Of a DNA stretch of 39,651 nt, positions 36,792-39,651 are shown in pieces. Source of the stretch: Kiritimatiellia bacterium (GTDB lineage: Bacteria; Verrucomicrobiota; Kiritimatiellia; RFP12; UBA1067); the NCBI GenBank assembly GCA_050949565.1, contig JBMNFY010000009.1, positions 1 through 39,651 on the forward strand, given 5' to 3'. The position numbers and the translations under genes are program-made. The stretch's first letter is position 1. Every line of letters begins with the position of its first letter. A model generated the notes under the pieces. It made no database searches and had not been told where the DNA came from. It was given only the letters and a program-made list of their open reading frames with translations.

Positions 36792-38465
36792 ATGAACACC
36801 ACCGTACCCTGTCTCTCGTCTCACGTCCTTCACGAAATGCGTGAGACCTCTGCGTCTCTGTGCCTCTGCGTTAAAAAAAATGCTCAACTGTCAATGCTGG
36901 CGCTCGCTTGCGCGGGCCTGTTCGCGATAACCGCCGGCGCCGCCCCTGCCGGGGTGACGGCGACTCCGAAGGTAGCGCCGTTATCGCCGACACCGGGTGC
37001 CTACCTCACCTTCTCCAGCGCAACCGCCTTCACGATCAAACCGCAGCAAGAATCGTGGAACGGGACGCTGTACTGGTCCACCGACACGACGTTCTGGTCC
37101 GTCTTCACCGCCAGCGGCGCCACCGCCGCGCCCGACAACGGTGCCGGGGAGTACAAGCTCCACCTCTGCGGATCAGGAAACACGTACATCACCGGCAGTT
37201 CCACATCATCTCCCTGGCTCATCACCGCCGGCAACCCGGTCGACTGCTCCGGCAACATCGAGACGCTGCTCGACCATGCGACGGTGGCCGACGGCGAGCA
37301 TCCGACAATGGCGTCCTGCTGCTTCGCGTACCTCTTCAGGGACTGCGCGGCGCTCGCCAGTACGCCGTCGCTCCCGGCCACGAACCTGGCCAACCACTGC
37401 TACTACAACCTGTTCAACGGCTGCACGAGCCTGACGAGCGCGCCGGCACTGCCCGCCACGATACTGCCCGAAAGGTGCTATAATGGCATGTTCAACGGCT
37501 GCACGAGCCTGGCGCAGGCACCGGTATTGCGCGCCACGAATCTGGCTGAATCCTGCTACGGCTACATGTTCTACAAATGCTCCGGCCTGACGAGCGCGCC
37601 GGCACTGCCCGCCACCAATCTGGCCGACTACTGCTACAATCGCATGTTCTACGACTGCACCGGCCTGACGACGGCGCCGACGCTGCCGGCGACGACGCTG
37701 GCCGAAAGGTGCTACGAGTACATGTTCCGCGGTTGCACGAAGCTGACGCAAGCCCCGGCGCTCCCGGCCACCAATCTGGCCGACTACTGTTACGCCAACA
37801 TGTTCAACCGATGCACGGGACTGACCCGCGCACCGGCGCTACCGGCCACTAATCTGGCCGAAAGGTGCTACAACGGCATGTTCACCTCCTGCACAGGCCT
37901 GACGAACACGCCGGCGCTGCCCGCCACCACGCTGGCGCCCGACTGCTACTCCTACATGTTCCAAAGCTGCACAGGGCTGACGAGATTGCCGGATCTGCCA
38001 GCGACGAATCTGACTGACTCCTGCTACCGCTACATGTTCTACAAATGCACGGGCATCGAGCTGAACGCCGAAGGCCCCGGCATGGCGTGGAAGATCCCGG
38101 CCGACGCCGTGGCGGCAACAGATTGGAACCTCAGCATGTTCGCCGACACGAGCGGGACCTTCAAAGGTGCCCCAGTGATCGGCACCACGTACTATCTCGC
38201 GTCAGGCGCTCCCGACGCGCCGACCTTCGCCACGGACGGCACGGGGTTCGTCATCGGCGACAACGCGACCACCATCAAGATCGTCAACGCCGAAAGCGGC
38301 ATCTGGTACACGGTCTATAAGGTGGACGATCTCACCCAGACAAACTGGACGAAGATCGGCGACAGCATCAAAGCGACAGGCAGCGACGTCATCTTCACGA
38401 TACCCCGCGATCCGACGGTGCCCCGCCGCTTCTTCAAGGTGGTGGCCAGCTTCACAGCGCCCTAG
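36792..38465 (+). CDS. Secreted leucine-rich-repeat (BspA-like) surface protein, ~10 x 26-aa repeats
   Basis: Repeat CY..MF..CT.LT.APALPAT.LA; signal peptide MLALACAGLFAITAGA (alternative start 36894); C-terminal '...LTQTNW...RRFFKVV'. Confidence 0.85.
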   Translation: MNTTVPCLSSHVLHEMRETSASLCLCVKKNAQLSMLALACAGLFAITAGAAPAGVTATPKVAPLSPTPGAYLTFSSATAFTIKPQQESWNGTLYWSTDTTFWSVFTASGATAAPDNGAGEYKLHLCGSGNTYITGSSTSSPWLITAGNPVDCSGNIETLLDHATVADGEHPTMASCCFAYLFRDCAALASTPSLPATNLANHCYYNLFNGCTSLTSAPALPATILPERCYNGMFNGCTSLAQAPVLRATNLAESCYGYMFYKCSGLTSAPALPATNLADYCYNRMFYDCTGLTTAPTLPATTLAERCYEYMFRGCTKLTQAPALPATNLADYCYANMFNRCTGLTRAPALPATNLAERCYNGMFTSCTGLTNTPALPATTLAPDCYSYMFQSCTGLTRLPDLPATNLTDSCYRYMFYKCTGIELNAEGPGMAWKIPADAVAATDWNLSMFADTSGTFKGAPVIGTTYYLASGAPDAPTFATDGTGFVIGDNATTIKIVNAESGIWYTVYKVDDLTQTNWTKIGDSIKATGSDVIFTIPRDPTVPRRFFKVVASFTAP

Positions 38466-38489
38466 ACGCTGTGCAGTGAGTAATCCTAA

Positions 38490-38518
38490 AAAGAGCAGTT
38501 GAACCTTCAACTCTCTTT
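38490..38518 (+). terminator. Possible terminator after the LRR gene
   Basis: AAAGAG-C-AGTTGAA-CC-TTCAACT-CTCTTT hairpin. Confidence 0.45.
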
Positions 38519-38599
38519 GGTTTCTGGTTTCTGGTTTCAAGGTTTCATGGTTTCATGGTTTCATCCAAATCGAGATCGGGATCGCTATCGGGATCGATT
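38518..38599. repeat. Heptamer (tggtttc) and hexamer (atcgNN) arrays
   Basis: Direct reading; the hexamer block is an inverted relative of the repeat B tail. Confidence 0.75.
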
Positions 38600-38662
38600 G
38601 TTTAACCACGGAACACACCGAACACACGGAAAGGCATGGCTGTCCGCTGTGGCAAAGCCCAA

Positions 38663-38875
38663 GCCCCGAAGGGGTGGCCTCACCTTAGCCCAGGGCAAGC
38701 GGAGCGCGGCCCTGGGTCAAGAAAGCCGAAGTTCTGTGGCCTGAAGGGCCACCTCAAAGAAATGGCCGGACGCAGATTGAAGTGCCCTTTCAGGGCACAT
38801 GGATGGGGGTGACGTTCGTTACCCGGGGCTGCGCTTCGCTTGCCCCGGGCTATGGTGCATCCGGCCCTTTGGGCC
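38663..38875. repeat. REPIN-like fold-back element
   Basis: 38686-38717 is the reverse complement of 38821-38852 (4 mismatches); small CCC-GAAG/GAAA-GGG hairpins in mirrored orientation. Confidence 0.75.
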
Positions 38876-38986
38876 GGTGGGCGGTCCGAGACGTCCCGCC
38901 CCACCTTGCCATGCATAACTCTTTCACCAGAAACGCATGATCTTCGCATACCCCCTGTCACCAACCGCGCGATTACAACTAATCCC

Positions 38987-39014
38987 TTGCTTGCACAAGA
39001 CAGTGTGCTACACT
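38987..39014 (+). promoter_or_regulatory. Putative promoter with inverted repeat in the spacer
   Basis: TTGCTT-16-TACACT with TGn extension; GCACA-N6-TGTGC fills the spacer. Confidence 0.45.
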
Positions 39015-39081
39015 AGTGGCGACAATCGTATCTTGGGTTGTATCCAGCGGCGTTAATTCTCGACTCGACAAAGGAGGGGCC

Positions 39082-39651
39082 ATGATGATTACCTCGCGTG
39101 CAGTCCGGGCGGCCTTGTGCGGCCTGTCGTTTTCATTGGTATTCGGTGCGGCGGAGGGCATTGCGGCACCGCCGCTGCGCTGGAACGGTCCAGCGAACGG
39201 GGTGTGGGACGCCACCACGCCCAACTGGCTGGACGCGGGAAACAACGCGGTAGCGTGGATTTCCGGCGCCGAAGCGATCTTTGAGGGCGCGGGCGGATTG
39301 ATCGAGATCGCCACCGACGTCAGTGCCGTCAACCTCACCTTCACCGGTAACGGCTACACGCTGCTGGGCGCGGGACGCCTGTGCGTCGAGGGTACGATCA
39401 CGACCGCAGCCGCCACCACCAACTGCATCGCCGCCGATCTGCGTACAGTCAACGGTCTGACGAAGGATGGCGCGGGTGCGCTGGCGTTGGCGCGCTGCGC
39501 TGGTCTCGTGAGCGTCCAGGGCGGCAGCCTGCTGGCCGCCGGATCGCTCTTCGTAGACGCGGAGATCGCGGTCGCCGCTGGCGCGTCGCTGGTCACGCTG
39601 GGCGAGCCGGACAGCGGCGCGAATCTGATCGTTAACGGCAGCTTCGAGACA
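39082..39651 (+). CDS. Secreted protein with autotransporter-associated beta-strand repeats (partial, runs off window)
   Basis: AAGGAGG RBS; MMITSRAVRAALCGLSFSLVFGAAEG; W.G..NGVWDATTPNW, LTFTGNGYTL, GLTKDGAGALAL, NLIVNGSFE. Confidence 0.82.
   Translation, partial: MMITSRAVRAALCGLSFSLVFGAAEGIAAPPLRWNGPANGVWDATTPNWLDAGNNAVAWISGAEAIFEGAGGLIEIATDVSAVNLTFTGNGYTLLGAGRLCVEGTITTAAATTNCIAADLRTVNGLTKDGAGALALARCAGLVSVQGGSLLAAGSLFVDAEIAVAAGASLVTLGEPDSGANLIVNGSFET

Overview
GC-rich bacterial window, probably PVC superphylum / Kiritimatiellota-like. This is an inference from the rpsL-rpsG-fusA-rpsJ order without tuf, the absent rpmD, the style of intergenic repeats and the secreted-protein C-termini. The core is an intact minus-strand fusA/S10/spc ribosomal cluster (13.5-25.8 kb) with rpsL-rpsG and a housekeeping run (hslO, AmgK/MurU fusion, folB) upstream. 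It is flanked and interrupted by repeat-rich accessory DNA. (i) 5.2-13.5 kb: three ungapped copies of an ~81-bp sigma70 promoter plus structured 5' leader each drive unrelated cargo: an orphan OB-fold protein, a 108-aa protein, and an McrBC-like operon. That operon carries a free-standing, near-identical copy of the McrB N-terminal domain and a small Cys4 protein. Two secreted-protein genes further along share a junction motif. (ii) A 3.6-kb insert between rpsG and fusA is built from repeat-bounded modules: a frameshifted secreted protein, a HigBA-like TA pair and a RAYT-like HUH transposase. (iii) Surface-protein genes sit at both ends, one with two in-frame stops. All functional calls are from visual motif recognition; no database searches were run.
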